Source: Cycas panzhihuaensis
Lineage: Eukaryota > Plantae > Cycadophyta
Length of the DNA stretch: 64,000 bases
NCBI GenBank assembly: GCA_023213395.1
Contig: CM041465.1
Span: forward strand, 147,381,741 to 147,445,740
Reading direction: 5' to 3'
Position 1 is the stretch's first letter. Every line of letters starts with the position of its first letter. This document shows positions 12,901 to 27,659 of this stretch, one piece after another. Under the pieces are notes generated by a model, which was given only the letters and a program-made list of their open reading frames with translations, ran no database searches and was not told where the DNA came from. The translations under genes were made by a program, and so were the position numbers.

Positions 12901-15900
12901 TATTGTTGGAATTATCTTTAGTAGTCATTCTAGCTCTATTCTTGTATTGTACTTTGTAAGGCTTTGTAGGTTTTGGATTAGAGCTCTAGTGTTTAATGTC
13001 ACATAGTTTTTTCACAACCATAAAATATTCTCTTACTTGGCAATAAAATTAATTTAACCTTTATAATAATTGCTTCTATTCATATGACCACCTCCAAACA
13101 ATAGAGAATTTAACAATAATTTAGAATTTGTCTTCAAAAAATAGAAATTGTGCCTCCCAAAACCAAGAAATGACAAAGCTCCTTTTGTCCACGTGACCAT
13201 GGCTAACTAAAAGGGACATGCTCCAAAAGTTTATTTGATTTGATTAAATTAAATTTAGCTATCACAAAAAAATCATTTTTTTAAGAAAATAGTTGCCATT
13301 TTAATTTGAAGTCAATGTAAACTCCATTATTGAATTTTCCATTACATGTGTGGATTTTAATGTGGTTTTTTGCTACAAGTGACTACACTTGAGCACTCAA
13401 TGTACTTGATTATTTATGTACCACTTGGAGTAGATCTGGCCATACCATGGTTTAATGTTTTAAGCTTATGGTTTGAATTAATTATTATATCAATGAAATA
13501 ACAATTTACAAACACATTCCCATCAAATACAAAACCATGGAAATAAATGTAATTTGCAAGCACATCATAACATGCCCATCAATTACTTGCATTCAATCAT
13601 CATCATTTATAGCAAGTGAAATTAAAGTATATCATCCTAACTTGCATTGCATAACCTTTTAGTGTAATTTAAGCCATAAGGGAACGAATTCCTATTATAT
13701 AGTGTTGCAAACACATTATTGTTTGTACTTAGCATCATTAACAAATTATTGGAATTCATCATTTACACATTTCCAATCATCATTACACATGTTATGATGG
13801 TATTTATTCATGTAGCTAACATATCATAAATTGAAGATACAACATTTAACATCTTACCACATGCATATTTCATCCTTTGAGTGCATTAAAGCTTATTTAT
13901 GATTGTTGTACTATTTTTCTAGCAATACTATTTATACGATTTCCTACATGGATATGTTTATTAAGTGTGCATTCATATCATAAATGCATCTATGCATTCA
14001 TTACTCAATTTGGCATGCACCATGGAAATATAGGATCAAAGGGTCTAATTCTGATTGTATTATAGTCCCAGCTATGTTTTTTTTGTCTCTTAGAGGATGT
14101 CATATGGTCCATATACACAACATGCCATATGACCATTGTGTATATAGACATGGGCACATGGGCAACTTTTAGAGTGTATTTTTGGTAATTATACAATAGA
14201 TTTTATTATAGCATTCCAATTGAGTTGTATATACATGCCCATTAGTCCTCTTAACATAGTTGCATGTGTTTCTAGCTACCATAAATATGGTAGTATAGTC
14301 TGTATATACACTAGGTTATATGGCCACTATGTGTATAATTGTATCCACATTAAAACCCTTATTTATCATCAATTTTTAGTGATTAAAATCCCTATTTTAA
14401 ATCAAATCATGAATGTTCCTATGCTATCAAGGATATAATGTGGATCCCAATTAGCCTTATATAACTTTGTATAGTCCTATGTACAACTATACAATTGTAG
14501 TAGGACTGTAAAGTCCAGTATCTTAGCCAAATGGGCTCACTCAAATAAAAACAATCTTTTTATTAAAAAAAAAAAAAGATTACATGGCCTCTTTCCATAA
14601 TTATAATTTTGATGGAAGAGGAGGAAGATACATTGAAGATAATAAATGTTATATTGAAGACAATAAATGTTATAGCACCATTATATGGTACCTTTGGCAT
14701 CCTTGTGGAATACTTGGTAATGTCCATCAGTAGGTGATGAAAGATTATCACACTTGATGAAGACCTCCTTCCTTGGCTTATGCTTCTCCACACACTCTCT
14801 CTCAATTCCTTGCTCTAATAATCTCCCTTTGTCTAGGTGTTGGCATAGTGATTTGTCTTACTATATTCTTATATAGGAGTAAAATTTAAAGTAGCCTTCT
14901 CTTAGATAAGTGGAGAAGAATTCTTTTGTAGTAAGCTTATTGCTTAGTTCTCTAATGAAAAGCCACCTCTTGAGAACCGATTTTAATGGCTCCCTCTTGT
15001 GCACCACTTTTTATAATTTGTATTTTTTTTTCTAGTTAAGCTTTTTGAAGTTCTAGGTATAGTGCCCTCTTGTAACACCTGTGTAAGTACTAAGAGGCTC
15101 CCTAGATGTGTAGGAGAAGCTTGGTAGTATTTAATTAGGGGAAACATAATTTTTCTATCAATAAAGTTATTATTTTTAAGTTCCCAATTGGATTGAATTC
15201 TTTGTAGTTTCTCTAGATTTATAGAGATTTATCGAGGAGTTGCTTCAACCTTGAGAATAATATATTTATCTAGAACTCCATTATGAGTTTTGCCCAGGCT
15301 AGACATTAGGGTTTGTGCTAAGGAAGACATTCCAAAGGAGTTGCTTGATTATATCTTAATTCAATGTGGTGCAAAAGTGCTGAAGTAAAGGGTCATGTTC
15401 TTCAACATATCCAATGCATGTTTTAAATGTCATTCTTGGGATCACATAATCAATGTTTGCTCCTTAGTTTTGGTGGAGCTTGAACAAGTTGTCTCACCTA
15501 AAAAGAATATAAATGAACCTATTATCAAGTATGGATGGATAGAGATACATAATAAGAAACAAGCAAATAAGAATAGTAAGAGTAAGGAACCTCAATGGGG
15601 AACAAATCGCATACACATGCTTAGGGGAAGCTAGGTTCAACCCTAAAAAATGTTAAATTAGTTAGCAAGGAAAATAAGAGGATGCAAGCCTCACAATCCA
15701 AATTTCTATAACCACCTCTTGTTGTTCCAAAACATGTTTCTCTTTTTTATCTCCCCAAGCTTTAAAGAAGCAAGTCTTAGCTTGAGTAAGTTGGAGGGAA
15801 GAATTCCATTTGAAATTATCTTACTCTTGTGAATAAGCAACCTAAAGTTGATGCCAATGGTACAAAATCCAATAGATTCTATATTTTGGCCTTTCTCCTA

Positions 15901-17199
15901 AATGAAGAGGGAGGTGGAATGGATGTGGAAGGTGATGAACATATTGAGCATATGTAGTTAGAATGTGAAAGGTCTTTCTACTCAATGTAGGTTAAAATTT
16001 GTTAGGAAGTTTCATCATAAGGCTTTTTATTTGGATGTGTTTTGTTTGCAAGAGGTGAAATGTTATAGTAGGAGTCTAAGGTTTTCTCTTTCTTATGTGT
16101 CCAATTCAATACAATTCATAGTGAAGTGAAAGGGGGAGTTGTTATTTTGGTCAATCCTTTTGTTAGTGGTAAAATGATTCTGTTTGGTTTAGACCTTAGA
16201 AATACATATGTTTGGATATTGCTCTATAGAGATTGTATATTGTTGGGTATTATTAATATTTATGCTTCCAATTGCCCTACTGGGAGGGGGTGTTAGAGAT
16301 AATGTATTATCTAGGACATTAAGTTAGAGGTTAATGAGGGTTATGTGTCATTCCCTCTTATTTGTAATAATGACAAGTGGTAGATAAGCGGTTTACATGT
16401 AATAAGCATTTACAAAACATTTGCTGTATTTATAGAGAGATCATCTCTTACATAATAAATGGATTTTCTTCATTATGAATAAATTTTCATGGTATCAGAG
16501 CTGGCAGTTTGATTAGGGTTTCTAAAGCCAGAAATAGTCTAGTGTATTGTGTCTAGTTAAGTCCTCGAAGGAGTTTGTGAAGACAGACGAAGAAGTTCTC
16601 TTTCTTAGAGAAGATTATAAAGCCAAATAAAGACAATTGTGTACGAACAACTTATGGACCTATACGGAAGTGTACGGATATCAAAATTTTGAAGCCCTCA
16701 AATCTTGCTAAAAATTTATAAGCAGGTGCGTCCTAGTTAGTACATCATTTTATCCAAAAGGACAAACTACAAACGAGTTTGTTTTTAGGCAATTCTCCCC
16801 TATTTTTAGCAGGCACGAGTTTTGAAGTTCAGTTGTAGATTTCTGATTTTTTTGCTCCAACAACCTGGGTAATACCAATCACAAACACTCCCCTCATTAA
16901 TTATGCTTCATTTAAATCTGACTTCAAAGATTTTGGATGTGTTTTTTGCAAGTTATAAGTATTTTTCTCCAGAAATCCTAGTCGCACTTTCTGTCTTTCG
17001 GCTAAATTTATGAGCAAACTGAAGCTGATCTCCTCAAACGTTTTATATATTTAGAAACCTTACTTCGAGATCTTTCCTTTGCACCTACTTTTATCCTCAT
17101 CCGTATAACTATACTTTTGTATGAAATTTTGTACATTCGTATGGCCAACCTATTAACAACTCATAAAAGTAGTTTGATACCTTTAGTTTGATTTCCTAA

Positions 17200-20100
17200 A
17201 TGGCTTCCTCCATTCTTGCTTTGAATGACCAAAATAAATTGACCAAAACAAATTATTTTGTATGCAAAATCAAGGTTGAAACCCTACTGAGGGCAAAAAA
17301 TTCATGGAACATAGCCACAAGATGAGAGAAATAATTTAGGGGTAATAATTCTAAAATTGTCTATTTCAGATTCTCTTTTGGTATATGTTGAAAGTCTAAA
17401 CTCTTATGAAGATATTTGGAAAGTGTTTGTCAATCTCTATAGCCAGAGAAATAAAGCTAGGATTGTAGCCCTAAAAGAGGAGCTATACAATCTACACGAG
17501 AGAAAAAGAAAGTATATCAGAATTTATTCACAAGATAACTTCAATCATAAATGATTTAGTTAGTGCTGGAGCGAATTTGCCTAAATAGGAACTTTTGTAA
17601 GTGGTTATGAACAAGCTCTTGAAATCATTTGATAACATGGTAAATTCCATAACCAATAATGATCAGACTGCAACCATGTCTCTTGAAGTATTAACGAGAC
17701 TTTTGCTCAAACAAGAACAAAGAAACATGAGATATGAGGAAGAGACAGAGATTGAAGAAGTCTTCCTATCCAAACTCATCTTTGGTTCTAGAGGATGAGG
17801 GCAATTATGTTCGAGAGGTTGAGGAAGAGCTCTTGACACTAGAAGTTAATCCAGAGGGAGATGGAAAGAGAACAAAGGCAGTGGATGATCAATTCCACCT
17901 AAAGACTTTAGAGTCTACTTGAACTACGAAAACACTAAGAGTTAATCCAGGGGGAGATGGAAAGAGAACAAAGGCAGTGGATGGTCAATTCCACCTAAAG
18001 ACTTTAGAGTCTGCTTGAACTACGAAAAACCTTGGCACTTCTCTAGCTACTGCAGAGCATTCGATGTTTGCTACCGTTGTGGGCAAGGAGGTCACTTTCC
18101 TTATCAATGCTCTCAAAGAAGAACTGATATTCAAAGAAGGAAAAGACGTGCTAGAAATTATAGTAAAGAACATAACAACTTCAAAGGAGATGAAGAAGAA
18201 GAAACTGCCTTCATAGTCATACTTATAGCTAATCTCAAAGATGAAGATGTCTGGTATATCGATTCAGGAGCATCCAATCATATAACAGGTTGCAGAGAAT
18301 GGTTTGAATCTATGAAGCCCTACTCTTTAAATAAATCAGTAGAGTTAGGGCACAAATATTCATTTAATATTTAAGGCATTAGAATGATAATAGTTGAGAT
18401 GAAAGGAAAAGTACAGAAAATTGTCAATGTTCTCTTTGTTTCAGGACTAAAGAAAAATCTTCTTTCAATCTCTCAACTCATGAAGAAAAAGTTGAGGACT
18501 ATCTTCAATGAGAATGGATTTTGACATATTTTAGACGTGAAAAATAGAGGAATTATAATTAGTAAAGGTATAGAAAGCAATGACCTCTGTAAATTGCATT
18601 CTAATCTTATCATTACAAAAAGTGATGTAAAAGCTTTTGTTATTGCAAACATTGATAATAATAAACCCTGGCATTTGAAGTATGGGCATATCTTCTTTGA
18701 TAGATTATAATTGCTGAAAAGCTCAACTATGGTTTATGGACTTCCAAACATGACATTTCATTCGCTTGTTTGTAAAGGATGTTTGCTTGGTAAACAACAT
18801 TATTTTCCTTTTTAAACAAGTGAATGGCGTGCACAAAGCAAACTAGAATTAGTGCATTCTGATCTCTGTGGGCCCATTACCCCAAGCTCAATTAATGGCG
18901 TCAGATACTTTCTTACATTCATTGATGATTTTTCTAGGAAAGTCTAGATATACTTTCTTTATAGTAAATTTGAAACTCGTGATAAATTTAAAGAATTCAA
19001 GGCTGAATATTAATTAAAATACATAAATAAGCTAAAATGCATCAAGTCTGATGGAGGAGGTGAGTATACTTCAAAAGAATGGCAGTTCTTCTGCAAAGCT
19101 CATAAGATACGTCAACGGATCACAACTCCTTACGCACCTCAATCCAATGGTGTGGCTAAGCAAATGAATAGAACCATCATAAAAATAGCACAAAGTTTGA
19201 TGCATTATAAATAGATTTCAAAAACTTATTGGGCAAAAGCTGTAAAGATAGTAGTCTATCTGATAAATCGAAGTCCAACTAAAGCCTTGAATAAGGTAAC
19301 TTTATAGGAAGCATGGATGGGATACAAGCCTAATGTAAGTAATCTAAAAATCTTTGGTTGCTAAGCTTTTGTTCATAATCCTAATAAGAAGAGATCAAAA
19401 CTTGATTGTAAAAATATAGAGTGTATAATTATAGGCTACATTGAAAATTCAAAAGCTTACAAATGCATAGACCCAAAGACAAACAAGGTCTATGTAAGAA
19501 AAACTGTTATTTTTAATTAACAAGACATTGTTGCAAGTCCAATAATACATTAAGAAATTAAAGTGCCTGCAATGGAAACTCCCACAGAAATCCCTCCACC
19601 TAAAGACATTTGGAATTACATTTGAAAATATAGAAATGGAGGAAGAGGGGCAATCCGAAAGAGCTCCTTCACTCCATAGAGAAATAAGCCCTAAAGAAGA
19701 CAAAGAAAGCAGGACATCCCCTAGAAAGATACCTAAATGGTGTCTCAAAACAGTTGAAGAAGCTAAAGGTGACACATTTTATGACAGGACCAGGTCCTAG
19801 AAACATCAAGCTTTATTCTGTTCAATTGAACTTTAGTCATATGAAGAAGCAAGCCAACATGTTGAGTGGAAATCAAGAATGGATATAAAATTGGAATCCA
19901 TCTCCAAACATAAAACTTAGGAACTAGTTGAACCACCTATAGGTAAACCATTTATCAATTACAAGTGGGTGTATAAAATAAAAGAGAATTATGATGGCAA
20001 AATAGAGAAATGCAAAGCTAGACTAATATCCAAGGGTTACACTCAGATTGCAAGGATAGACTATGACAAAACCTTCTCTCTAGTATCAAAGCTAAATACT

Positions 20101-21280
20101 ATGAGGATGGTAGTCGACTTAGCCACACAACAGAATTGGAAAGTCTATCAATTGGATGTAAAGAGTGCTTTCTTGAATGGAGATATTGAAGAAGAAGTGT
20201 ACATGCATCAACTAGAAGGATATATTCAAAATGGAAAAGAACATCTTGTATGCAGGCTGAAAAAGGCCCTATACGAGTTTAAACAAGCTCTAGGGGTATG
20301 GTATGCCAATTTGGACAAGTATCTCGTTCAAGATAGTTTTCAAAGATGTGAATCGGATCCTAAGTTATATGTGAAGAAAACCCAAGGGTTGATTATAATA
20401 ATTGTTATATATGTAAATGATATGTTTCTTACAGGCGGTGACACAGAATCTATCGCAGTCATAAAGGTTCAACGAGAAAAAGGTTTTGAAATGACCGACT
20501 TGGGACTTCTAAATTATTACCTTGGTATAGAAATAAAACAGAAGAAGGATTTAATCACCTTATCACAGAATAAATATACCAAGGATCTGCTAAAGAAATT
20601 CAAAATGGAAGATTGCAATAGTTGTGTAATGCCAATGGAAATCCACAGAAGAAATTTCAGTTGATACAACTCTGTATAGGCAATGAGTTAGAAGCTTAAT
20701 CTATCTTTCTGCAACCAGACTTGACATTTCATACTCTATTGAAGTAATTTCTAAATACATGCAAGATCCAAATTACTACATTGGAGAGTAGTTAAAAGGA
20801 TACTCAGGTATTTTGAAAGGGACTTCAAATCTAAAACTTACATATACAAGAGACAAATTAGGAAAATTGGTTAGATACAACAACTCTGACTGGGCAGGAG
20901 ATTAAAAAAAAGGAAATCAACAAGTAGATATTGCTTTCTTCTTGGATCATCAACAGTGTCTTGGAGTAACAAATGATAACCAGCTATTGCCTTGTCATCC
21001 ATGGAAGCAAAATATAAATCAGCAGTCAGTGCATCCTGCGAAGTAGTTTGACTAAAGCAATTGCTGTCAAATCTAAATCAGTAACAAAATAAACCAACAA
21101 CACTCTTTCATGACAACCAAAGCACAATAAAGATGACCAAGAATCTAATCTTCCATACTAGAACAAAGAGATAGATCTGATGCATTGTATAACAAATGAA
21201 CAACTTGCAGACATTATGACCAAATCTCTCAGCAAACACAAGTTTCAATTTTTTCTTTAGAAGTAGGCTTGGCTTAATAT
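17200..21280 (+). pseudogene. gag-pol: Copia 1 gag-pol pseudogene
   Basis: CCHC knuckle [40 protein letters not shown] / SDGGGEY, RT KARLISKGYTQ, QLDVKSAFLNG, IYVNDM, RH ADIMTK. Many stops and frameshifts. Confidence 0.93.
17836..18027 (+). repeat. 96-bp tandem duplication in copia 1 gag
   Basis: ACACTAGAAGTTAATCCAG...GAACTACGAAA repeated at 17836 and 17932 with few mismatches. Confidence 0.92.
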
Positions 21281-24200
21281 AGATAAAACATTAAGAGAGG
21301 GTGTTAAAGATAATGTTTTATCAAGAGCATTAAGTTATAGGTTAATGAGGGTTGTGTGTTATTCCCTCTCTTTTTTAATAACGACTAGTGGCAGACAAGT
21401 GGCTTACATGTAATAAGTAGTTACAAAACATTTGATGTACTTATAGAGAGATTATCTCTCACATAATCAATGAACTTTCTTCATTATGAATAGATTTTCT
21501 TTAGGAGTTTTTTTAGTGCTAGTTAAGAAATTATTTACTAGAAGCATCGTAGTTAATTTATGGGGACTTTAATATGATTAGATCCCTCTTAGACAAAATT
21601 AATAGGAAATCCTCTTAATGGAACCGAGAGGGGAGTGGTGCCTGGTTGACTTTAAAAGAAGTAAGGGTCATGATGCACGGTTCAAGTGGTCTAATATATA
21701 GGCCAAACATAATAAAATCCTTAAAAAGTTAGTGCATATGATGATATCCAATCACAATTATTTTTAGATTACTCACGGGGACAATAGATGTGCCAAAGTT
21801 TGGAAAAAGCCCTTTTTAGAAGCCAATTTTCAAACTTAACATTTCTAATTTATCTGTTCTAGTTTGTGTGAATAATATTAAAGAAAACTAGCACTTGGCC
21901 CCCTTTTCTAGGAATGATGAGGGATGGATTATGTGGTCGGAGGAGGCAATTAATATAATATCCTCCTTTCTAAGGGGATATAACAGACAAGTTACCTTTT
22001 TCTGAAAGAGAGCTGAGAAAGTCTATGGTGAGAAGTTAGATGATATCAAGGGGAGGTAGGAGTCCAATCTGTATGATGAAGAGTTATTGAAGTAGGAGGC
22101 CCAACTCTTTCATGAACTCATAATTGCTGAGTTGAGTAGGGCTAAGGGTGCATGTATTAGAGCCATGGACCATTGGATTAAAGAAGAGGATAGGTGATCT
22201 AAACTCTTTTTTCATGCACTTAAAGGCAAGCATATGGTTTAAGGCATCAAGGCATTAAAGACCACTGAAGGCAGGACCACTTCCCCAAAAGAAATTATGG
22301 AAGAGTTTTAGCCCATTGTGCATAGGCCTCTAAGGCCCAAGCCCATCCTAAGAGACAGAAGATGAGCTCGAAGAATGCCTTAGGGTGGTTCTACTTAAAA
22401 TTAGTTTGAGTTGAAATGATTCTTATAATGCCTCGATCACGTTGGAGGAAATTACTGAGGCTCTGCATGAAATGGTGAGTGAGAAGGCCCCAAGAATGGA
22501 TGGATTCCATTATGAATTCTATCAAGCCACTTGGAAATTTATTGGCCTAACTTTATTGTAAATTTATACAAAAGATATTGAAATAGGTTCATTGGGGAGC
22601 AAGATTAATCAAAGTTGTATTAAACTCAATCCTAAGGGAGATGATCTAGAGTTGATTGCAAGTTGGAGGTCAATTACCCCATTGAACATCTCATATAAAA
22701 TACTAGCTAAGGTTTTAGCTAGAGGGATAAGACACTTTCTTTTGAAAATTATAAGACTTGAAAATATAGGATTCATCAAAGATTATCATATTCTAGAAAA
22801 TATTATAATTACTTGAGACAATATGGAGGGGGCTAGAATTTCACCTCATGACATTCTATTTATGAAATTTGACTTTGAAAAAGTGTATGATCGTGTTGAG
22901 TGGTAATTTATTATTAAAACACTAAAGGTCTTAGGTTTTGGCAATAGGTTTATTACAATGGTGAAAATTTTATTTGAGGAATCCGTTACATGCTTAACCA
23001 TTGGTGGTGCATCAACTAAGGTAGTGCAACTGTAGCGCTTTCTTAGATAAGGTTCCTTACTTGCTTTTTCTCTATATGTGCTTCTTGTTAATACATTGGG
23101 ATAATTATTGAACTATTAAATGATAAAAGAAATTGAGGTTGCCTTAGAGGAATTACTCTATCGAGGATCATGAATAAACATATGGTCAATGGCCATTTTG
23201 CAGATGACTCATTTCCCACAATTAAGGTTGAGTTAGAATCAATTAAACAAGCCCTTGATGCAATTCAAACATTTTGCTTGACCTCTAACTTTAAAATTTA
23301 GTAGATGAAGACAACCTACTTTTTTAAATCTCTAGAGAATAGGCTAGTGTAGCTAAAGGACTATGAATGAGCTTGGATCAATTAGGGTGAGATCTTTAAC
23401 TTCGTGATATACCTTTTATCTTTGAGGTCACCATGTTCAACATCTGGGAATATGTGGTTAATAGGATGGAGAAGAAGCTTACCTACTAGTCTTCTAAACA
23501 TCTTTCATTAGTAAGTAGGTGCTAGGTTTGTTTTAATATCCTTGCCATTGCATGCCTATTGTTCCTTATGTTGGGTGCCCTCCAACTCTATTTATAAGAA
23601 ACTTGTGAGGCTGCTCAAGACCTTCATGTTGTCTTTAGGGGAGGGCCAAAAGGGTTTCAATCATGTGAAGTGGTTGGTTTGTTATAAAGGGAAAGATTTC
23701 AAGGGATTAGTGTTGATTGATGCTAAATTACAAGGTTGAGTTATGTGTGTTAAGTGGCTTATTAGAGTTGTAGAAGGGGATGAGGCTTGGAAGATTATGG
23801 TTAGACACAATGTGGGCTAAGCTAAAACTTGTGGGTCCAATGTCTTTATACTAACTCTGCATATAACTTTAATTACCTTAGCACTTGTCAAAATCTTGGG
23901 GTCCTCTATTTTCAAATTAATTTGGAGGGCTTGGGAAGAGTGAGAAAAAGTATTAGTCTAAAGGGGTGTCAAACCTGGGAAAGGTCTCTCTTTTAAAGAG
24001 AATTCATTACGATGACTATCACCATTATTAGAGGATGGCTAGTGCTTGGGTCAAATTCTATGGTTCGAAACAAAGAAGCTTAACAAAAGGGCCTCTTATT
24101 TATTATCCAATTATTTAACAAAACCAAAGGGTGGTGAAAACCTTGAACAATTGTCATACAAGAATTTATCCTTAAAGCCTCTAATAATTTCATAATTAAG

Positions 24201-27200
24201 GGTATTTGGAATTGTTATCCTATAGTTCAAATCCTCAACTTAGTCACAATAGCAGCCTTAAATGATGGAAAGATTGGGATTAGAATCAATCCAAATTATT
24301 CACTAAGTTTGTGGCCTCGTACATATATATGTTGCTAAGATGGTCAAATCTCTAATGGTCTCAACCAAATTTGAGGTATTAAATGTGGAGAGCAAATGTG
24401 GCCAAGGAGGTTTCAATGGCTTTGGAACGGCTCGGTTATACCTAAAGAAGTTTTTTCTGTGCAATTGATTTTCCACACTAGTCTTTCTATAAAAGTTAGG
24501 TTGGCCAAAATTGCCTAGGCGGACATGATGTATGTTTTGTGTATAATCTAAGACTCTAATGCACCTATTTTGGTGGTGCTTACTGTCTAAGACAGCATGG
24601 GAGTGGTTTTGTTACTTTTCCAAACTAGTAACAAATGGAGACTTAGGTTGGAATGCAACCCTATTAAGCAGTAATTGGGATTTCTCACATACCTTTTTCC
24701 AAGTTTGGAAAATGATTAAGATTAAAATTTATATTATATTTGGAAATATAGGAATGTTGTTTTGTTTGAAGGAAAAAGTGATACGACAAAGTTTACCAAT
24801 GAAATGGATATATCTTTATTGCTTGCATACACGTTACAGATAAGTGCATAAGCTAGGAAATTATAGGTTGAGTTTACCTACAAGAGCCTATTGACTATTG
24901 GGGGTTTGCTCCCTACACCATGTCTATAGTCTCGCTTAAGGAGGAAAATTCATAGGTTCAAGAAAGAAGATAGTGCAATTGGTCTTGGGGATGAAGTAAA
25001 TCTAGGAATAGTCACCCCCCTATGCAAAAGTGGGCCTTGCCACCTTTGCCAAAGCAACTGTCAATATCTAAGATGCAAATTAGTTTAGATAGCTAGAAAG
25101 TTAAAGATCCAAAAATGACATTGATCAATGCCTATGTTAACGTGGAGTTGATTCAACATAAGGGCTAGAGACTAAGGGCGGTTCTTCACAATAAAGGGGA
25201 TAATGTCTTGGGGAGCTATATGGCTTTGTCTCATATTGGCAGTGAATGGGAATAACTCTAATGCATCTTAGTTTTTTCTAAACTATATTGTATGGTTATC
25301 AATATTTTTGTACACCATATGTGGGTTTTTGTGGTTGTATCATCCAAAGAGATGAAGGGGATGATGTTCTCTACCTTACATTTTTAATATTAAATGTTTG
25401 CAATATTTTGAATCAATAGAATCATCTATTTGAACCAAAAAAAACTCTCAATTCTTTTTAGATATGTTTGCCACTTCATTTTATTTTGAGCAATGTTGAG
25501 GTTGTCCTTTAAGATGCAGGAAATTGTGTTCATCTACTCAAGTTGGTCTTTTATCTTTAAAACTTTGATCTGGATTGTAACTTTGTTTATAAATGATGGC
25601 AATTCATACCCATATAGTGCCTAAAATGGAGACATCCTTATGGTTGTGTGGTAAGTGGTATTGTACCACCATTCTACAAGATGTAACCATCTATGTTAGT
25701 GGTTTTTCTTATTTATAACAAAACTCCTTAAACACCCTTCAAGGCATTTGTTGGGTACCTCCATCTATCCATCTATTTGTAGGTGGTAGGGTATGTTGAT
25801 TGTTAATTTTGTGTTGGCAAGTAAGAACAACTCCTTCTAAACATTGGATGTGAACTTAAGATCATAATCATTGATTATTATCTTTGGGAACCTGTGTGAC
25901 TTATAGATCTCTTTGATAAAGAGTTTTGTTAACTAGATTCCACGAAAGTGGGCATAGTACGTTAATCTATCCAGGGCAACAAAAATAACGTACTTCATTA
26001 ATCTTCCTCTCTGAATTTGGTAGTCTAGTAATAAAGTTCATAAAATTTTCTTACGATCATGGATCTAGAATATGGAGAGGTAGGAACAACTAAAGTGGCT
26101 TTACATTATCTCCATTATGTCATTGGTATGGTCTTACCTTCAAATATAAATGTGATGATGTCTCTTTTCACGTCATTAAAAAAGAGTGGCAATCCAATGT
26201 TCTAGTATGTTTTATCTATCCCTGTGTGCTTTATAGTTAGGGAAGCATGGCAATCTTGTAGTATGATGTCCTTAATTTGAAATATGTAATCAAGTATATT
26301 CTCCCCTTATACCAAAGGATTCACCTTTTACATTCCAAAATTGTGCCATGTCATTATGTTAGTGTTTGTAGTTCTTGTAGTGCCATCTTAAGAGTATTTT
26401 GCTTGTACTTGTTTTATCTATTTTAATGCCATAATTGCGATTGCATAGAGGCTTTGTCCTTTGTCTACTCTAGAAAGCCCATTTGCTAACATATATTTTC
26501 TTGCCTTTATCATCTATTATTTCAAAGTCAAAGGCTTAAAACTTTCTTACCTATTTTTGTTGTTCATCGGACAATGTGGGTTGTTTCAAGAGATATTTAA
26601 GGTTGTCATGATCTATCTTGACCTAAAATTTTCTTGACCAATAAGTAATGCCTCCACTTGCTTATGGTGTAGATAATGGCAAACATTTTCTTATTGCAAA
26701 TATGACAAAATCCTTCATTCCCTTTGATTTTTTTGCTTTCAAATGCTATTGGCATGCTATCTTGCATGAGAATTGCCCCTAAATTTTTGCTTGAAACATT
26801 ACACTCTAAACCAAATGGTTTTGAGAAATCAAGGGTGGCAAGCCCGGGTAGAGTTCTCATCTTCTACTGAAAGATCTTAAAAGCCCCTTTCTTTTTTATT
26901 GTTCCATGCAAAGGCATTCCCCTTGGTGATTCTTGTGAGGGAGTTGCAATGTGAGAATACCCTTCAATGAACTTCCTATAAAAACTTAATGCACTTAAAA
27001 AACCTTTGAGTTGTTCTTAGGTGTTGACTATTCTAGCATGGCCTAGATCTTCTTTAGATCTACCTTGGTTCCTTCCTACAAGATGATATGCCTCAAATAC
27101 TCTACTTCATTCTCTCCAAATAAAATTATTTTTTTGGTAAAAAGAATATTATCTTGTAGGACTTGAAGAATTAATCTTATATGTTGGAGGTGATCTTGCC

Positions 27201-27659
27201 AATTTGTGCTATATATCAAAATGTCATCAAAGAGAACTAGAACAAACTTTTGTAGATAAGATTTGAGTACTTGATTCATAGTTGCTTGAAAGGTAGCCAA
27301 GGTATTTATTAGTTCAAAGGCATTACTTTGAACTCATAGTGTTTTTCATAAGTTCTAAAATCCATCTTTAGGGTATCTTCTACCCTTACTTTGATATGAT
27401 AATATTCTAAACATAGGTCGATCTTGGTAAAATATTTGGCTCCATGTAACTTGTCCAAAAAGTCATATTCAAGGAATGAAAAACTTGTTATTAATGGTAA
27501 CTTTTTTTAAACGTTAACAATCCACACATGCTTAAATCAACCCCTACTTTTTGGGAACTCATATCACTAGAGTCACCTTTAGACTTTTGCTTGGAACAAT
27601 GGCAACTTGGTCAAGCAATTATTGGATAAGTTCTTCAATCTTTATTCTATGAAGATAAA

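Larger units (their letters stand above)
16291..21500 (+). mobile_element. Ty1/copia LTR retrotransposon 1, structurally complete but decayed (short-LTR, Ivana/Gymco-like by inference)
   Basis: 199-bp LTRs 16291-16489 and 21302-21500 (~28 mismatches by hand), perfect PBS TGGTATCAGAGC 16490-16501, PPT AAGAGAGGG 21293-21301, domain order gag-PR-INT-RT-RH. TSD not clear. Confidence 0.95.
14812..25444 (+). mobile_element. L1-clade LINE, probably full length, decayed ORF1 and ORF2; interrupted by a copia at 16291-21500
   Basis: ORF1 CCHC knuckle CFKCHSWDHIINVC (~15418-15460). APE endonuclease S*NVKG, LDVFCLQEVK, NIYAS (15950-16290) resumes with GDFNMI at ~21562. RT WRSITPLNISYKILAKVLA, DFEKVYDRVEW, HFADDS (~23194-23211); zf-RVT HLFWWC (24559+); A8 tail 25437-25444. 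Candidate TSD CTCTCAATTCCTT (14799-14811) / CTCTCAATTCTTT (25445-25457). Confidence 0.88.

Noticed and set aside
13000-14560. Short ORFs and AT/CA-rich sequence as a possible gene or the missing 3' LTR of the host gypsy
   Set aside because: No recognisable motifs and no similarity I could see to the LTR at 37774-38471. Left unannotated.
14565-14577. A13 run as the tail of another LINE or SINE
   Set aside because: No recognisable LINE/SINE body upstream and no TSD; it may lie at the start of a minus-strand LTR.
16286-16290. TSD for copia 1
   Set aside because: The flanks GGGGG and TTAGG do not match. The insertion is supported instead by the LINE endonuclease motifs continuing on both sides.
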